Shown here piece after piece: positions 9,304 through 19,890 of a DNA stretch of 64,000 nt. The translations under genes were made by a program, and so were the position numbers. The first letter of the stretch is position 1; each line of letters starts with the position of its first letter. Below the pieces are notes generated by a model. That model worked only from the letters and a program-made list of their open reading frames with translations, was not told the DNA's origin and did no database searches. This DNA is from an uncultured Chloroflexia bacterium (GTDB lineage: Bacteria; Chloroflexota; Limnocylindria; Limnocylindrales; CSP1-4). Location: NCBI GenBank assembly GCA_963748625.1, contig CAVVJT010000007.1, positions 960,001 to 1,024,000 on the forward strand. The letters run 5' to 3'.

Positions 9304-10670
9304 GCAGCAGGCACGGGATCGGCGGCGATCCGCAAGAGGCCCTCCGGCTGGCGGAGGACGTGGTGCGGCAGGCGCAGGCCGCGGGCGCCACCGAGGCCGA
9401 GGCGCTCGTAGTCGCCGGCGAGTCGGCGCTGACAAGGTTCGCCAACAGCGAGATCCACCAGAACGTCGCCTCGGCCGAGGTCTTCGTCAACCTGCGCTAT
9501 GTCATCGGCAAGCGCGTGGGCGTCGCCAGCAGCGGCCGCATGGATGCGGATGGCCTGCGGGCCCTCGTCGAGCGTGCCGGGCTCATCGCGCGCAACGTCG
9601 AGGAGCTGCCCGACTGGGGAGGCCTGCCGTCGGCCGATGCTCCGGCGCCCCTACCCGCCGCCTGGGCGGAGGGCACCGCAACCGTCACGCCTGAGCTCCG
9701 CGCCGAGGGTGCCCGGGCCGTCATCGCCGCTGCCGATGCCGCGGGCGTCACGGCCTTCGGCTCCTTCTCGACCGACACCGAGGCCATGGCCGTCGCCAAC
9801 TCCCGGGGCATCCGCGCCGCCGAGCGCCGGACCGCCTCCCAGCTGCTGACCGTGGCCATGGGCCCGGACAACGGGACCGGGTATGCGGAAGCCTGCCACG
9901 TCGACGCCACCCGCATTGACGCCGCCGCCATCGGGCGGGAGGCCGCCGAGCTCGCGCGCACCTCGGCTAACCCGGTGGACCTGCCGCCGGGCGACTACCC
10001 GGTCGTGCTGGACCACTACGCCATGGTCGACCTGACCGACATGCTCGCCTACCTGGGCTTCTCCGCCCTCGCCGTGCAGGAGGACCGCTCCTTCTGGGAG
10101 GCAGGCAAGCGCGTGGCCTCGTCGCTGGTCAGCCTCACCGACGACGGGCGCGATCCCGATGGCCTGCCGGCGGCCTTCGATGCCGAGGGCGTGCCGAAGC
10201 AGCGTCTCACCCTGCTCGACGCGGGCGTCTGCCGCGACCTTGCCTACGACGCGGCCACCGCTGCCCGCGAGGGGCGGCGCTCCACCGGTCACGGGCTTCC
10301 CGCACCGAACACGTACGGCCCCTTCCCCACCAACATGTCGATGGCGGCGGGCGATGCAACACGCGAGGAGCTGATCGGCGGGCTGGACCGGGGCCTGCTT
10401 GTGACGCGCTTCCACTACACGAACCCTGTCCACTCCAAGCGCGTGATCATCACGGGCATGACCCGTGACGGCACGTTCCTCGTGGAGGACGGGCGGATCG
10501 TGGGGCCGGTGCGGAACCTGCGGTTCACGATGTCCTACCTCGACGCCCTCGCGAACGTGGAGGCGATCAGCCGGGAACGGCGCTGCCTGCGCGGCTTCAT
10601 GGGCGGGACGCTGGTGCCGGCCGTCCGGCTCTCGTCGTTCTCGTTCACCGGCGCGACGGCCGCCGAGTAG
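9300..10670 (+). CDS. pmbA: TldE/PmbA family subunit
   Basis: ALTRFANSEIHQN, FDAEGVP, TGMTRDG, PVRNLRF; no HExxH; ATGA-coupled to tldD. Confidence 0.88.
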   Translation: MSSRHGIGGDPQEALRLAEDVVRQAQAAGATEAEALVVAGESALTRFANSEIHQNVASAEVFVNLRYVIGKRVGVASSGRMDADGLRALVERAGLIARNVEELPDWGGLPSADAPAPLPAAWAEGTATVTPELRAEGARAVIAAADAAGVTAFGSFSTDTEAMAVANSRGIRAAERRTASQLLTVAMGPDNGTGYAEACHVDATRIDAAAIGREAAELARTSANPVDLPPGDYPVVLDHYAMVDLTDMLAYLGFSALAVQEDRSFWEAGKRVASSLVSLTDDGRDPDGLPAAFDAEGVPKQRLTLLDAGVCRDLAYDAATAAREGRRSTGHGLPAPNTYGPFPTNMSMAAGDATREELIGGLDRGLLVTRFHYTNPVHSKRVIITGMTRDGTFLVEDGRIVGPVRNLRFTMSYLDALANVEAISRERRCLRGFMGGTLVPAVRLSSFSFTGATAAE

Positions 10671-10693
10671 GCGGGCGGAGACTGGAGGCGGCG

Positions 10694-10984
10694 ATGGGCA
10701 TCAGCGACCGCACGACCGCGGATCTCACGCTGTACGCGGAGCCGGACGGCTCGGTCTCGGTGGATACCGGGTCACGGTTCGTGGCGGTGGGCGGCGAGGA
10801 TCTCGAGCGCATCCTGGACCGCCTTGCGGCCGACGGCGGGACGCTGCGCCTGCTGGGCGGGACCGGTCGGGCCGATGACGGGGACGAGGCACCCGAACTC
10901 GAGAGCGACCCGGCGATGGGGGCCGCGGGGTGGGTGCTCCAGCTGGCCCACGAGCGCGGCCTCGAGGTCATCCGCGGGGAGTGA
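10694..10984 (+). CDS. Hypothetical protein (96 aa)
   Basis: GGAGG RBS; fills the gap in an operon; stop overlaps the next GTG. Confidence 0.65.
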   Translation: MGISDRTTADLTLYAEPDGSVSVDTGSRFVAVGGEDLERILDRLAADGGTLRLLGGTGRADDGDEAPELESDPAMGAAGWVLQLAHERGLEVIRGE

Positions 10985-12420
10985 TCCGCTCGACGGTCCG
11001 GCCGGCTGTCGACGCCGTCATCGTCGGCGCGGGCCCGAACGGGATCGCCGCCGCCATCGAGCTGGCGCGGGCAGGGTGGTCCGTCCGCGTCTACGAGGCG
11101 GCCGACACGATCGGCGGGGGGACGCGGTCAGCAGAGCTCACGCTGCCCGGGTTCGTCCACGATGTCTGCGCGTCCGTCCACCCGCTGGGCCTCGCGTCAC
11201 CGTTCCTGCGATCCCTTGACCTGGCTCGCCACGGGCTGGCGTGGGTCCAGCCGGACGCGCCGGTCGCCCATGCGCTGGCACCCGGTCGGAGCGTCGTGCT
11301 GGAGCGGGATCTCGGCGCCGTCGACGACGCGTTGGGCAACGACGCCGATGCCTGGCGCCGGCTGTTCGGCCCGTACGTCCGCGAGTGGGAGCGGCTTGTC
11401 CCGGCCATCCTCGCCCCGGTCGTCCGCCCGCCACGGCACCCGCTGCTCCTCGCCCGGTTCGGCGTGCCAGCGCTGCTGCCCGCCACGTCGCTTGCGCGGA
11501 TGGCGTTTCGCGAGCCCGCGGCGCGGGCGCTGTTCGCCGGACTGGGGGCCCACTCGATGCTCAGGCTCGGACAGCCGCTGAGCGCCTCCTTCGGCCTGGT
11601 GCTGGGCATGCTCGCCCATGCCGTGGGGTGGCCAGTAGCGAAGGGCGGGAGCGGTGCGATCGCGGCCGCGCTCGAGGCGGAGGCACGGGGGCTCGGCGTG
11701 GAATTCGTCGCCGGCCACCGCGTGGACACGCTCTCGGCAGTCCCCCCGGCGCGGGCGTACCTGCTCGACGTCACGCCGCGCCAGGTCCTCGCGATGGCCG
11801 GTGACCTGCTTCCACACGGGTACCGCCGCCAGCTGGAGAGGTTCCGCTACGGCCCCGGCGTGTTCAAGGTCGACTGGGCGCTGGACGGCCCTATCCCGTG
11901 GCGTGACCCCTCCACGCTGCGCGCCGCGACCGTCCACCTCGGTGGCTCCTACCGCGAGATCGCAGCATCCGAGGACGCTGTCGGGCGCGGCCGCCACGCG
12001 ACCAGGCCGTACGTCCTCCTCGTTCAACCGACGATCGCCGACCCGTCCCGCGCCCCCGAGGGGAAGCACGTCGCGTGGGCCTACTGCCACGTGCCCAACG
12101 GCTCGACCCGGGACATGACCGCCGCGATCGAGGCGCAGGTGGAGCGGTTCGCGCCCGGCTTCGGGGACCTCGTGCTCGCCCGCGCCACGAAGAACACGAC
12201 GGCGATGGAGGCATGGGACGCGAACTACGTCGGCGGCGACATCAACGGCGGCATTGGCGACTGGCGCCAGCTCCTGTTCCGGCCCGTCGTGCGCTGGAAC
12301 CCCTACACGACGCCGAACCCGTCGGTGTTCCTGTGCTCCTCGTCCACGCCTCCCGGTGGCGGCGTCCACGGCATGGGCGGGTTCCACGCGGCCCGCACGG
12401 TGATCGCCCGCCGGGGTTGA
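10981..12420 (+). CDS. FAD-dependent oxidoreductase, phytoene-desaturase-like family
   Basis: VIVGAGPNG Rossmann motif, GGGTRSAELTLPGFVHDVC, CSSSTPPGGGVHGM. Confidence 0.9.
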   Translation: MIRSTVRPAVDAVIVGAGPNGIAAAIELARAGWSVRVYEAADTIGGGTRSAELTLPGFVHDVCASVHPLGLASPFLRSLDLARHGLAWVQPDAPVAHALAPGRSVVLERDLGAVDDALGNDADAWRRLFGPYVREWERLVPAILAPVVRPPRHPLLLARFGVPALLPATSLARMAFREPAARALFAGLGAHSMLRLGQPLSASFGLVLGMLAHAVGWPVAKGGSGAIAAALEAEARGLGVEFVAGHRVDTLSAVPPARAYLLDVTPRQVLAMAGDLLPHGYRRQLERFRYGPGVFKVDWALDGPIPWRDPSTLRAATVHLGGSYREIAASEDAVGRGRHATRPYVLLVQPTIADPSRAPEGKHVAWAYCHVPNGSTRDMTAAIEAQVERFAPGFGDLVLARATKNTTAMEAWDANYVGGDINGGIGDWRQLLFRPVVRWNPYTTPNPSVFLCSSSTPPGGGVHGMGGFHAARTVIARRG

Positions 12421-12431
12421 CTTCTACCATT

Positions 12432-12466
12432 CCTCGGGCAGCGGACGCTGATCTCCGCGCCCCGAG
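12432..12466 (+). terminator. GC-rich hairpin after the oxidoreductase (possible terminator, no U-tract)
   Basis: cctcgggc...gcccgagg with inner gcgga/tccgc pairing. Confidence 0.35.
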
Positions 12467-12559
12467 GTCGGGTGGGAGCCCGGGTCAGGCGCTCCGGCCG
12501 TTGACGCGCGTGAAACGGTCACGCAGGATCGGCGCACCGGTGGAGTCGAGGAGCGGGCG

Positions 12560-13165
12560 ATGAACCTGTACGCGACCAAGGGCGCGATCAACGCACGGCT
12601 GATCCCGCTGGTGGACCGCCTCGCCCGTGCGGGGGTCACGCCCGACCAGGTGACGCTCGCTGCGGTCCCGGTCGCGATCCTCGCCGGGGCCTGCCTGCTC
12701 GCCTCGCCCGCGGTGCCGGCGCTGCTGCTCGTCGTGCCACTCCTCGCAGGTGTGCGCATCCTGCTCAACCTCGTGGACGGCAACATGGCCCGCCGGACAG
12801 GCCGGATCCACGCCCGCGGCGAGCTCTACAACGAGGTGGGCGACCGCTTGGCCGACATCGCCTTCCTCGCGCCCGTCGCGTGGCTGCCGGGTGCCATGCC
12901 ACACGTCGTCCTGCTGGGCGTCATGACCGGTGTCATGGCGTCGTACGTGGGGATCACTGCCAAGGCCGCGGGCGGCGAGCGGATCTACCGGGGGATCCTC
13001 TCCAAGCCCGGGCGCATGGCCCTCCTGTGCGCCTGCTGCGTGATCGCGTTCTTCCTGGGCCCGGACGACACTCGGACATGGGCCGTCTTCGGGCCGCTGC
13101 TGCTCGTCGGCACGGCGCTGACCCTGCTCGAGCGGATCGTCGTCGCGATCCGCCGCCTGCCGTAG
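12560..13165 (+). CDS. CDP-alcohol phosphatidyltransferase family (YnbA-like)
   Basis: GVTPDQVT; NLVDGNMAR...GELYNEVGDRLAD signature. Confidence 0.9.
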   Translation: MNLYATKGAINARLIPLVDRLARAGVTPDQVTLAAVPVAILAGACLLASPAVPALLLVVPLLAGVRILLNLVDGNMARRTGRIHARGELYNEVGDRLADIAFLAPVAWLPGAMPHVVLLGVMTGVMASYVGITAKAAGGERIYRGILSKPGRMALLCACCVIAFFLGPDDTRTWAVFGPLLLVGTALTLLERIVVAIRRLP

Positions 13166-13179
13166 CCGGGGCACCCGGG

Positions 13180-14103
13180 ATGCCGCAGATCGCGCCGCTC
13201 GACTGGGCGACGCTGGTCCTCCTGGTCGGTCCGGCCCTCGGCCTGGCGGGGGCAGCGGTCTACGCCCTCCTGCGGCGGGGACGGACCACCGGCCTGACGC
13301 CGCGCACCGCGCTCGCGCGGGCGGGCTCGTACGCCGCGCTCGCGGTGGTGCTGGTCGTCGCAGCGCGGGTCGGCGTGGTCGGGATCGCGGTCCTGTTCGG
13401 AATCTTCGGGGCCATCGGCGTGGTGGAATGGGGTCGCCTGTTCGAGCTGCCGCTCCACCATCGCGTCGCCACGGTGCTGGCCAACATCCTGATCATGGCT
13501 GCAGTCGCAGGGCGGGGGGCCGCCGCGGCGGACTGGCTCGTGGGCGGCCTGGTGCTGGTGGGCGTCGTGTGGCCGGTCATCCGGGCCGACACCGGCCGCG
13601 CGATCCGGGACCTGGGGATGGCGTGCGTCGGCGTGGTCATCGTGAGCGTGCTGCTGGTCCACGGCGTCGCCCTGGGCGTGGAGCATGGAGACGCGGGGAT
13701 CGCGCTGGTGCTCGCGCTTGCGGTGGCGTGCGCCCTCTCCGACGTCGGCGCGTTCGTGGTCGGGCGGACGTTCGGCCGTCATCCGCTCGCGCCGCGCCTG
13801 TCGCCCAACAAGACCCGCGAAGGCGTCGTGGGCAACGTGCTCGGCGCCGCACTGGGCCTCGCGCTGTTCATCCCGTCCATCGTGCCCGTCTTCGGCTGGC
13901 CGTTCTTCCTCGCGCTCATCCCCCTCGTGGCCGGCGGCGCGCTCTGGGGCGACCTCCTCGAGAGTGCCGCCAAGCGCGAGGCCGGCGTGAAGGATGCGGG
14001 CCGCTGGCTGCCGGGGTTCGGTGGCATTCTCGACCGGATGGATTCCCTGCTCGTGACGGTCGCACTCGGCTACTGGATCGCGCGGCTCTGGGGCGCCGGC
14101 TGA
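13180..14103 (+). CDS. Phosphatidate cytidylyltransferase (CdsA/YnbB-like)
   Basis: SDVGAFVVGRTFG, LSPNKTREG, GDLLESAAKREAGVKD, PGFGGILDRMDS. Confidence 0.92.
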   Translation: MPQIAPLDWATLVLLVGPALGLAGAAVYALLRRGRTTGLTPRTALARAGSYAALAVVLVVAARVGVVGIAVLFGIFGAIGVVEWGRLFELPLHHRVATVLANILIMAAVAGRGAAAADWLVGGLVLVGVVWPVIRADTGRAIRDLGMACVGVVIVSVLLVHGVALGVEHGDAGIALVLALAVACALSDVGAFVVGRTFGRHPLAPRLSPNKTREGVVGNVLGAALGLALFIPSIVPVFGWPFFLALIPLVAGGALWGDLLESAAKREAGVKDAGRWLPGFGGILDRMDSLLVTVALGYWIARLWGAG

Positions 14104-14753
14104 TGGCCGCGCAGATGCCCGAGGGCTGGCAGTTCTCGCGTGGCGGCATCCTCCTGCGGGAGGTGACCGCACGGCTCGTGGGCCCGTTCCTGCGCATCCT
14201 CATGCGCGGCCCCAAGGTCACCGGTCGCGAGCACCTGGCCGCACTCGACGGCGCCGTGCTGATCTGCCCCAACCACGCCAGCCACTTCGACTTCTCGGCC
14301 ATCCGCCTCGCCCTTGGCACGCACCATCGGCGCAAGCTCGCCGCAGCCGCAGCCGCCGACTACTTCAAGGCGAGCCCCGTCCGCTGGTTCCTGGCCGCCT
14401 GGCTGGGGGCGTTCGCGTTCAACCGGACCGGGAAGGGCGGGGCGGAGTCCATCGGGGCGGCAGAGGCCCTGCTGGATGCGGGGTGGCATGTCCTCGTCTT
14501 CCCCGAGGGGACGCGCACGAAGACCGGCGATATCAACGCCTTCATGCCCGGTACCGGGCTCCTGGCCCGGCGCACAGGTCGACCGGTGCTGCCGATCCGG
14601 ATCGTCGGCATCCGCGATGTGCTGCCCAAGGGTGCCCGCATTCCGCACCGCGCCCAGGTGGAGGTCCGCATCGGGGAGCCGCTTCACGTCCGGCCCGGCG
14701 AGGGGGCGCGGGAGTTCACCGCGCGCCTGGAGGCGACAGTCCGCGAGCTGTAG
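14103..14753 (+). CDS. Lysophospholipid acyltransferase (PlsC family)
   Basis: NHASHFD (HX4D) and FPEGTR motifs. Confidence 0.92.
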   Translation: MAAQMPEGWQFSRGGILLREVTARLVGPFLRILMRGPKVTGREHLAALDGAVLICPNHASHFDFSAIRLALGTHHRRKLAAAAAADYFKASPVRWFLAAWLGAFAFNRTGKGGAESIGAAEALLDAGWHVLVFPEGTRTKTGDINAFMPGTGLLARRTGRPVLPIRIVGIRDVLPKGARIPHRAQVEVRIGEPLHVRPGEGAREFTARLEATVREL

Positions 14754-14754
14754 G

Positions 14755-15342
14755 TCAGCTCCAGTAGACCGCGTAGGCAACCATGTAGAAGGCCGCGTAG
14801 GCGGCGAGCACCAGCCGGTTGTGGCGACGCAGGAAGCCGGGCGCGACATGTCCCAGGACGGCCAGGCCGATTGCCCCGGGCAGGATTCGCGCGATCCGGT
14901 TCACGACGATGGCGCCCGCCAGCCCGACAGGCCCGTTGGCATCGACCGCCCACGCCCACGTGTAGACCTTGAGCGGGGTGCCCGGCGGCTGGAGCGTCAT
15001 CGACAGGAGTCCTCCGTCGGCGACCGCCGCCTGGGCGTTCGTCAGCATCGACTGGGGGATGGCGGGCAGGGCGAGGAGTGCGGCCGCGACCGCGTCCGGG
15101 GCGGCCAGGCTCAGCGAGTACATGACGGCCGATCCCGCCAGCGCCCCCACGACGACCGCGCCGAACAGAGCGGGCAGGCGCCGCGGCACCACGAGCGCCA
15201 GCAGGCCGAGCGCCACGTCGGGGACGATCGGCAGGAACACCGCCTCCGCGAACCCCCACCCCCCGACGAGCAGCAGGCCTCCGCGTCCCCGCGCGAGCGC
15301 CTCGAGCCGCGCGAACGGGCGCCGGAAGGGCGGCGCCGTCAT
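14755..15342 (-). CDS. Membrane protein, YqaA/DedA (VTT)-like
   Basis: WGFAEAVFLPIVPD and PLKVY motifs; several hydrophobic segments. Confidence 0.7.
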   Translation of the reverse strand: MTAPPFRRPFARLEALARGRGGLLLVGGWGFAEAVFLPIVPDVALGLLALVVPRRLPALFGAVVVGALAGSAVMYSLSLAAPDAVAAALLALPAIPQSMLTNAQAAVADGGLLSMTLQPPGTPLKVYTWAWAVDANGPVGLAGAIVVNRIARILPGAIGLAVLGHVAPGFLRRHNRLVLAAYAAFYMVAYAVYWS

Positions 15343-15343
15343 G

Positions 15344-15703
15344 TCAGCCGCCCGAGACGCAGAACTCGTTGCCCTCGGGATCCTGCATCACGGTCCACTG
15401 CAGGTCTTCACCGAGGCTCCGCTCCGCGACAAAGATGGCGCCGAGGGCCGTGAGCCGCTCCACCTCGGCCGCCATGGACTCGCCCCGCAGGTCAAGGTGC
15501 ACGCGGTTCTTCACCACCTTGGACTCGGGGACCTTCTGGAACAGGATCACCGGCCGGCCGATCGCCTTCTCGTTGGGCACGATGGCCACGTACTGCTCGT
15601 TCTCGTCGTGCCGCGTGTATTCGCCAAGGGCCTCCACCCAGAAGTCCACCACCGCGCCGTGTTCTGCACAGTCGATGACGATCTCGCCAATCCTGAGGGT
15701 CAT
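15344..15703 (-). CDS. VOC/glyoxalase-like protein
   Basis: IVIDC...FWVEALG, FQKVPE, KNRVHLDL, MQDPEGNEFCV. Confidence 0.9.
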   Translation of the reverse strand: MTLRIGEIVIDCAEHGAVVDFWVEALGEYTRHDENEQYVAIVPNEKAIGRPVILFQKVPESKVVKNRVHLDLRGESMAAEVERLTALGAIFVAERSLGEDLQWTVMQDPEGNEFCVSGG

Positions 15704-15735
15704 GCCAACCTCCGGTGAGACTCCATGCCGGGATC

Positions 15736-15901
15736 GGCTCCAAGCCGAATGCCAGCACCACCCATGCTATTCCGGCGCAACGGCCCTCGACGTGCCCCGC
15801 ACTCCCGGCTCCAATGCCGCCCGCAGCACTCGCGGTGCTGGCAGCAGACTCGAGACCCCTCCGGGGTGCGGTTCCGGCGGCCGACAGCATCGCCCGTGCT
15901 G
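15736..15901. repeat. Triple 17-bp palindrome element, family B (YAGCA-N7-TGCTR), copy 1
   Basis: Boxes at 15753-15769, 15824-15840 and 15885-15901, each preceded by a GGYTCC-like stretch 15-17 bp upstream. Confidence 0.7.
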
Positions 15902-15939
15902 TGGCGCTCGGGCTGGCCGACCCGTCCGACCAGGCGCTC

Positions 15940-18165
15940 CTACCGCCAGGCTGTCCGGGCGGCATCCGGGTAGAGCCGAACGCGCCGGTAGGGTTCCCGT
16001 CCGCGGGACCGCGACAGCAGGTTCGCGCGCTCGGCCATCTGGTGCTGCAGGCGACGGATGTAGGCGTTCTGCGGCGCCAGCTCCACCGCCTCCTGCTGCT
16101 TGAGCACCAGCGCGATCGCCTCCTCGGTCTCCCGGAACGCCGCCTCGCGCGGGTCCACCTCGAGGGCGAACACGGACGTGAGCGACGCCTGCATCTGCGC
16201 GATGGTGTTCGCCTTGAGCACGTAGATCGGGATACCGCGGTCCTCGACATCCCGCAGCGCCGGCGGCTTCTGGCGGTACTCGGAGCGGAGGGTCATCGCC
16301 ACGTCCGCCTCGTCGGGCTCGCGGGCGATGATCACCGGCAGTTGCAGGTCCTTGATCGCCTGCTCCAGGCGGCGCCGGCTGATGCCGTGGGGGAACACGC
16401 GGAGCGTCGGCAGCAGGCCTGTCTCCACCATCCGTGCCGCCGCACCGAAGCCACCGTCCGCGTCGGCGCCGTCCTCGTCTTCATCCCCGTCCTCGTCGTC
16501 CCAGGACGGGACGGTCTCGCCGGGCACCATGCGCGCGATCCGCTCCTCCTCGGCCGCAAGCAGCTGGTCGGCGTTGACGGGCCGGGTCCCCTCATCCTCC
16601 TGCAGCGAGTTCAACGCACGCGTGGCCTCGGCGCGCCAGGCCTGCTGGCGGGCGAGCTCCCGAGCATCGCGGGCCCGGACATCGGGCACTGGAGCACCCG
16701 CCACCGACCCCTCGGCCCGCTCCAGCGGCCCCCGGTCGGCGATGTCGCCGGCGATGAAGGCCCCGCCCGGCGGGGTGGAAGGCCGCCCGCCCGGGGCCGC
16801 GAGCCGCGCGCCCGGCGCAGCAGCGAACCGCTCGCCCGGCATCACGCTCAGCGGTGCCGGTCGGTCACCCTCCGGGCTGCGCGAGCCGCGGTCACCGCGC
16901 TCGTGGCCCCGCTCGGGACGGCCGGCCCGCCATCCGCCCGTCTGGCCCGGACGATAGCCGGGTCGGGCTGCGGGTCCGCGATCCTCGCCCGCGTAGCCGC
17001 CGGTCCGATAGGTCGACGCACCGCGCCAGCCGGGGTCGCGTCCCCAGGCGCCGACACCCGCGCCGGTCAAGCCGCTGAACCGGTCGCCGCCCGGCCCGAC
17101 ACCGTCGCGCGCGGTGGGCCTGGGCCGGGACTGGGAGCGGTGCACACCCTCCTCGTCGCGCCAGCGCAGCTCCGGCGTCACGGGATCGCCCAGGAGCATC
17201 GCGTCAACGGTGGCCGACACGTCGGCGTGGACGAGGACCTTCTCGCGGTCCTGGATCTCCACGATCACGTCGAACGTGGGCGGCTGCTTGCGCTCCAGGA
17301 CGCTCTTCTGGCTGCGCCGGCGGCGCGCCTCGTCGTCACCGAGCGTCACGCTCTGGATCCCGCCGATGAGATCGGACAGCGTGGGGTTGAGCATCAGGTT
17401 GTCGAGGTTGTTGCCGTGCGCCGTGCCGATCAGCTGCACCCCGCGCTCGGCGATCGTGCGGGCGGCCTGCGCCTCGAGCTCCGTCCCGATCTCGTCGATG
17501 ACGATGACCTCGGGCATGTGGTTCTCGACCGCCTCGATCATCACCTCGTGCTGCAGCGACGGCGTGCGGACCTGCATCCGGCGCGCCTTGCCGATCGCCG
17601 GGTGCGGAATGTCGCCATCGCCTGCGATCTCATTGGAGGTGTCGACCACGACCACGCGCTTGCGCTGCTCGTCGGCGAGCACGCGGGCGGCCTCGCGCAG
17701 CATCGTGGTCTTGCCGATGCCGGGCCGGCCCATGATGAGGATCGACTTCCCGCTCTCCACGAAGTCCGCGATGATCTCGATCGTCCCGAACACGGAGCGT
17801 CCGATGCGCAGCGTGAGGCCCACGATCTTCCCGGTCCGGTTGCGGATCGCGGAGATGCGGTGCAGCGTGCGCTCGATGCCCGCCCGGTTGTCATCGCCGA
17901 ACGCGCCGATGTGATCGACCACGTGGGCGATGTCCCGTTCGGTGATCTCCCGCTCAAGGAGCATGACCTCCGAGCCCGGGTAGCGCGCCTCGGGCGGCCG
18001 TCCGAGGTCCATGACCACCTCGATCAGCGACTCCCGGTCAGGCAAGGCGTCGATCGCCTGCACCAGCTCCGGCGGCAGGGCCGCCAGGAGCACGCCGAGA
18101 TCGTCCGTTGCCGCCCGCTGCCGGTCCTGCGAACCCACCGTGGCTGGCCTCCGTGCGCTCGTCAT
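15940..18165 (-). CDS. AAA+ ATPase with C-terminal R3H domain (Ycf45/SpoIIIAA-like)
   Basis: [27 protein letters not shown] Walker A, IVIDEIG Walker [10 protein letters not shown]3H motif. Confidence 0.9.
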   Translation of the reverse strand: MTSARRPATVGSQDRQRAATDDLGVLLAALPPELVQAIDALPDRESLIEVVMDLGRPPEARYPGSEVMLLEREITERDIAHVVDHIGAFGDDNRAGIERTLHRISAIRNRTGKIVGLTLRIGRSVFGTIEIIADFVESGKSILIMGRPGIGKTTMLREAARVLADEQRKRVVVVDTSNEIAGDGDIPHPAIGKARRMQVRTPSLQHEVMIEAVENHMPEVIVIDEIGTELEAQAARTIAERGVQLIGTAHGNNLDNLMLNPTLSDLIGGIQSVTLGDDEARRRRSQKSVLERKQPPTFDVIVEIQDREKVLVHADVSATVDAMLLGDPVTPELRWRDEEGVHRSQSRPRPTARDGVGPGGDRFSGLTGAGVGAWGRDPGWRGASTYRTGGYAGEDRGPAARPGYRPGQTGGWRAGRPERGHERGDRGSRSPEGDRPAPLSVMPGERFAAAPGARLAAPGGRPSTPPGGAFIAGDIADRGPLERAEGSVAGAPVPDVRARDARELARQQAWRAEATRALNSLQEDEGTRPVNADQLLAAEEERIARMVPGETVPSWDDEDGDEDEDGADADGGFGAAARMVETGLLPTLRVFPHGISRRRLEQAIKDLQLPVIIAREPDEADVAMTLRSEYRQKPPALRDVEDRGIPIYVLKANTIAQMQASLTSVFALEVDPREAAFRETEEAIALVLKQQEAVELAPQNAYIRRLQHQMAERANLLSRSRGREPYRRVRLYPDAARTAWR

Positions 18166-19208
18166 CGGACGCCTGCCGGCACGAGGCTCGGCTCGGCGAC
18201 CCGGACGAGGGTTTCCTTCATCAGGAGCGTGACCGTGGCAATCGAGTCGAAGCCCTCCTCCTCCAGCCGGCGGTCCACCGGCGACTCATAGGTTCGCACG
18301 GGGGCAAGGACACCCTGGCGATGCGCCGTCGAAGCGTCCGCGCGTGCGGCGATCTCGCCTAGGGCGAACCGGATCAGCGGCACGATGTCCGCCTCCGGCC
18401 GGGCGAGGATCTTGAGGTAGTGCGGCTGGTCCTCCTTCGACACGCCCACCTGGACGAACGCGTCGAGCTGGGTGCCGTCCGGACCGCCGCCCGGCGCCGC
18501 GAGGACATATGCGAAGACGTCCGCGAAGCGCAGGATCGGCGCGAGGGATGACCGCGGCACGCGCTGGTCACGGCCCTGGCGCTCCCAGTCCGGCAGCCGG
18601 ACGGCCTCAAGGCGCTGGACCGGGCGCGGCGTGACCGAGGCGTACAGGCGGGACACCGCGAGCGCATCGCGGGGCTCGGCCTCGCGGATGCCGGCAGCGG
18701 CAGCGTCCTGCTCGGACAGGGGCGCCGGCAGCGGGACCGATCCCGGTCGGGCGAGCACGTGCTCATCGCCGTAGCGGACGAAGCCCGACTGCATGAAGAG
18801 CTCCACGTTGTCGTCCGCGTCGGCGCAGGCCACGTGGAACCGGGCCGCGCCCCGCTTCGCGCCGTCGCGCTGGAGGTGCTGGACGAGGCGGTAGCGGACG
18901 TCGCCCGCGTCCATGTCGCCCACGGCGTCGAGCTCCACCACGGTCCACTCATCACGCGAGGTGTCGCGCTCCACGCGCAGGAGGCCAGCGATGTGGCCGT
19001 CGCGCTCATACACGTACATCACGTCGTGCGGGGTGAACGCGCCCAGGGGCAGGCGGAACAGCGAGAAGACGCCGATCGGCCGGCCGCTCACCGGCAGCCC
19101 GAGGCTCCGGGTCCCCTCCCCGGCACCCTGGGCGAGCCGCGACAGCTCGCCGAGCGCGGACAGGTCTGTCAGCCGCGCTGCCCGGACCTTGCCCGTGCTC
19201 CTCGCCAC
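18162..19208 (-). CDS. Hypothetical protein, probable tandem GNAT-like fold
   Basis: Two repeats starting VRAARLTD and IREAEPRD, each ending with xGF (QSGFVRY, EEGFDSI); co-oriented with pdxT. Confidence 0.6.
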   Translation of the reverse strand: MARSTGKVRAARLTDLSALGELSRLAQGAGEGTRSLGLPVSGRPIGVFSLFRLPLGAFTPHDVMYVYERDGHIAGLLRVERDTSRDEWTVVELDAVGDMDAGDVRYRLVQHLQRDGAKRGAARFHVACADADDNVELFMQSGFVRYGDEHVLARPGSVPLPAPLSEQDAAAAGIREAEPRDALAVSRLYASVTPRPVQRLEAVRLPDWERQGRDQRVPRSSLAPILRFADVFAYVLAAPGGGPDGTQLDAFVQVGVSKEDQPHYLKILARPEADIVPLIRFALGEIAARADASTAHRQGVLAPVRTYESPVDRRLEEEGFDSIATVTLLMKETLVRVAEPSLVPAGVR

Positions 19209-19214
19209 GGCGCC

Positions 19215-19853
19215 CTACCCGTCCATCCGGTCGCGGCGCACCGGGTGCCGCCGCCGCCCGACGCCCTCACCGGGGTCGACGTGCTCGGCGGCCAGCATGG
19301 CCACGAGGCGGTGGAAGCGCGTCTCACCCGCGAGCTCCGGGTGGAACGAGATCGCGATCACGTTGCGCTCCCGGACGGCGACAATGCGCCCGTCGTCAAG
19401 CCTGGCCAGCACATCCACCCCGGGTCCCACGCGCTCGATGATAGGGGCGCGGATGAACACCGCGTGCACGGGCGTGTCGCCCAGCAGGGGCACGATCAGG
19501 TCCGTCTCGAACGAGTCGAGCTGGCGCCCGAAGGCGTTGCGCTCCACGGTGACGTCCAGCAGGGGCAGGATGGGCTCCTCGCCCCCCGCGATCTCCCTGG
19601 CCAGGACGATCATCCCGGCGCAGGTACCGAAGAGCGGGGCGCCGGTCGCGGCCAGGTCCAGGATGGGCTGGCGCATGCCCCAGCGGTCGATGAGCCGACG
19701 CATGGCCGTGCTCTCGCCACCGGGCAGGATCAGGCCATCGACGTCCTCGAGGTCCTTGGGCAGACGCACCTCGACCGCCTCCACGCCGATGGCGCGCAGG
19801 GTGGTCACATGCTCTGCGAAGGCCCCCTGGAGGGCCAGGACACCGATCCTCAT
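19215..19853 (-). CDS. pdxT: PLP synthase glutaminase subunit
   Basis: GVLALQGAF, PGGESTA, GTCAGMI, RNAFGRQ, FIRAP, SFHPEL. Confidence 0.97.
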   Translation of the reverse strand: MRIGVLALQGAFAEHVTTLRAIGVEAVEVRLPKDLEDVDGLILPGGESTAMRRLIDRWGMRQPILDLAATGAPLFGTCAGMIVLAREIAGGEEPILPLLDVTVERNAFGRQLDSFETDLIVPLLGDTPVHAVFIRAPIIERVGPGVDVLARLDDGRIVAVRERNVIAISFHPELAGETRFHRLVAMLAAEHVDPGEGVGRRRHPVRRDRMDG

Positions 19854-19890
19854 CGTGCTGCCAGACCCGTCACGGGGCCGGCCGCTCCGA

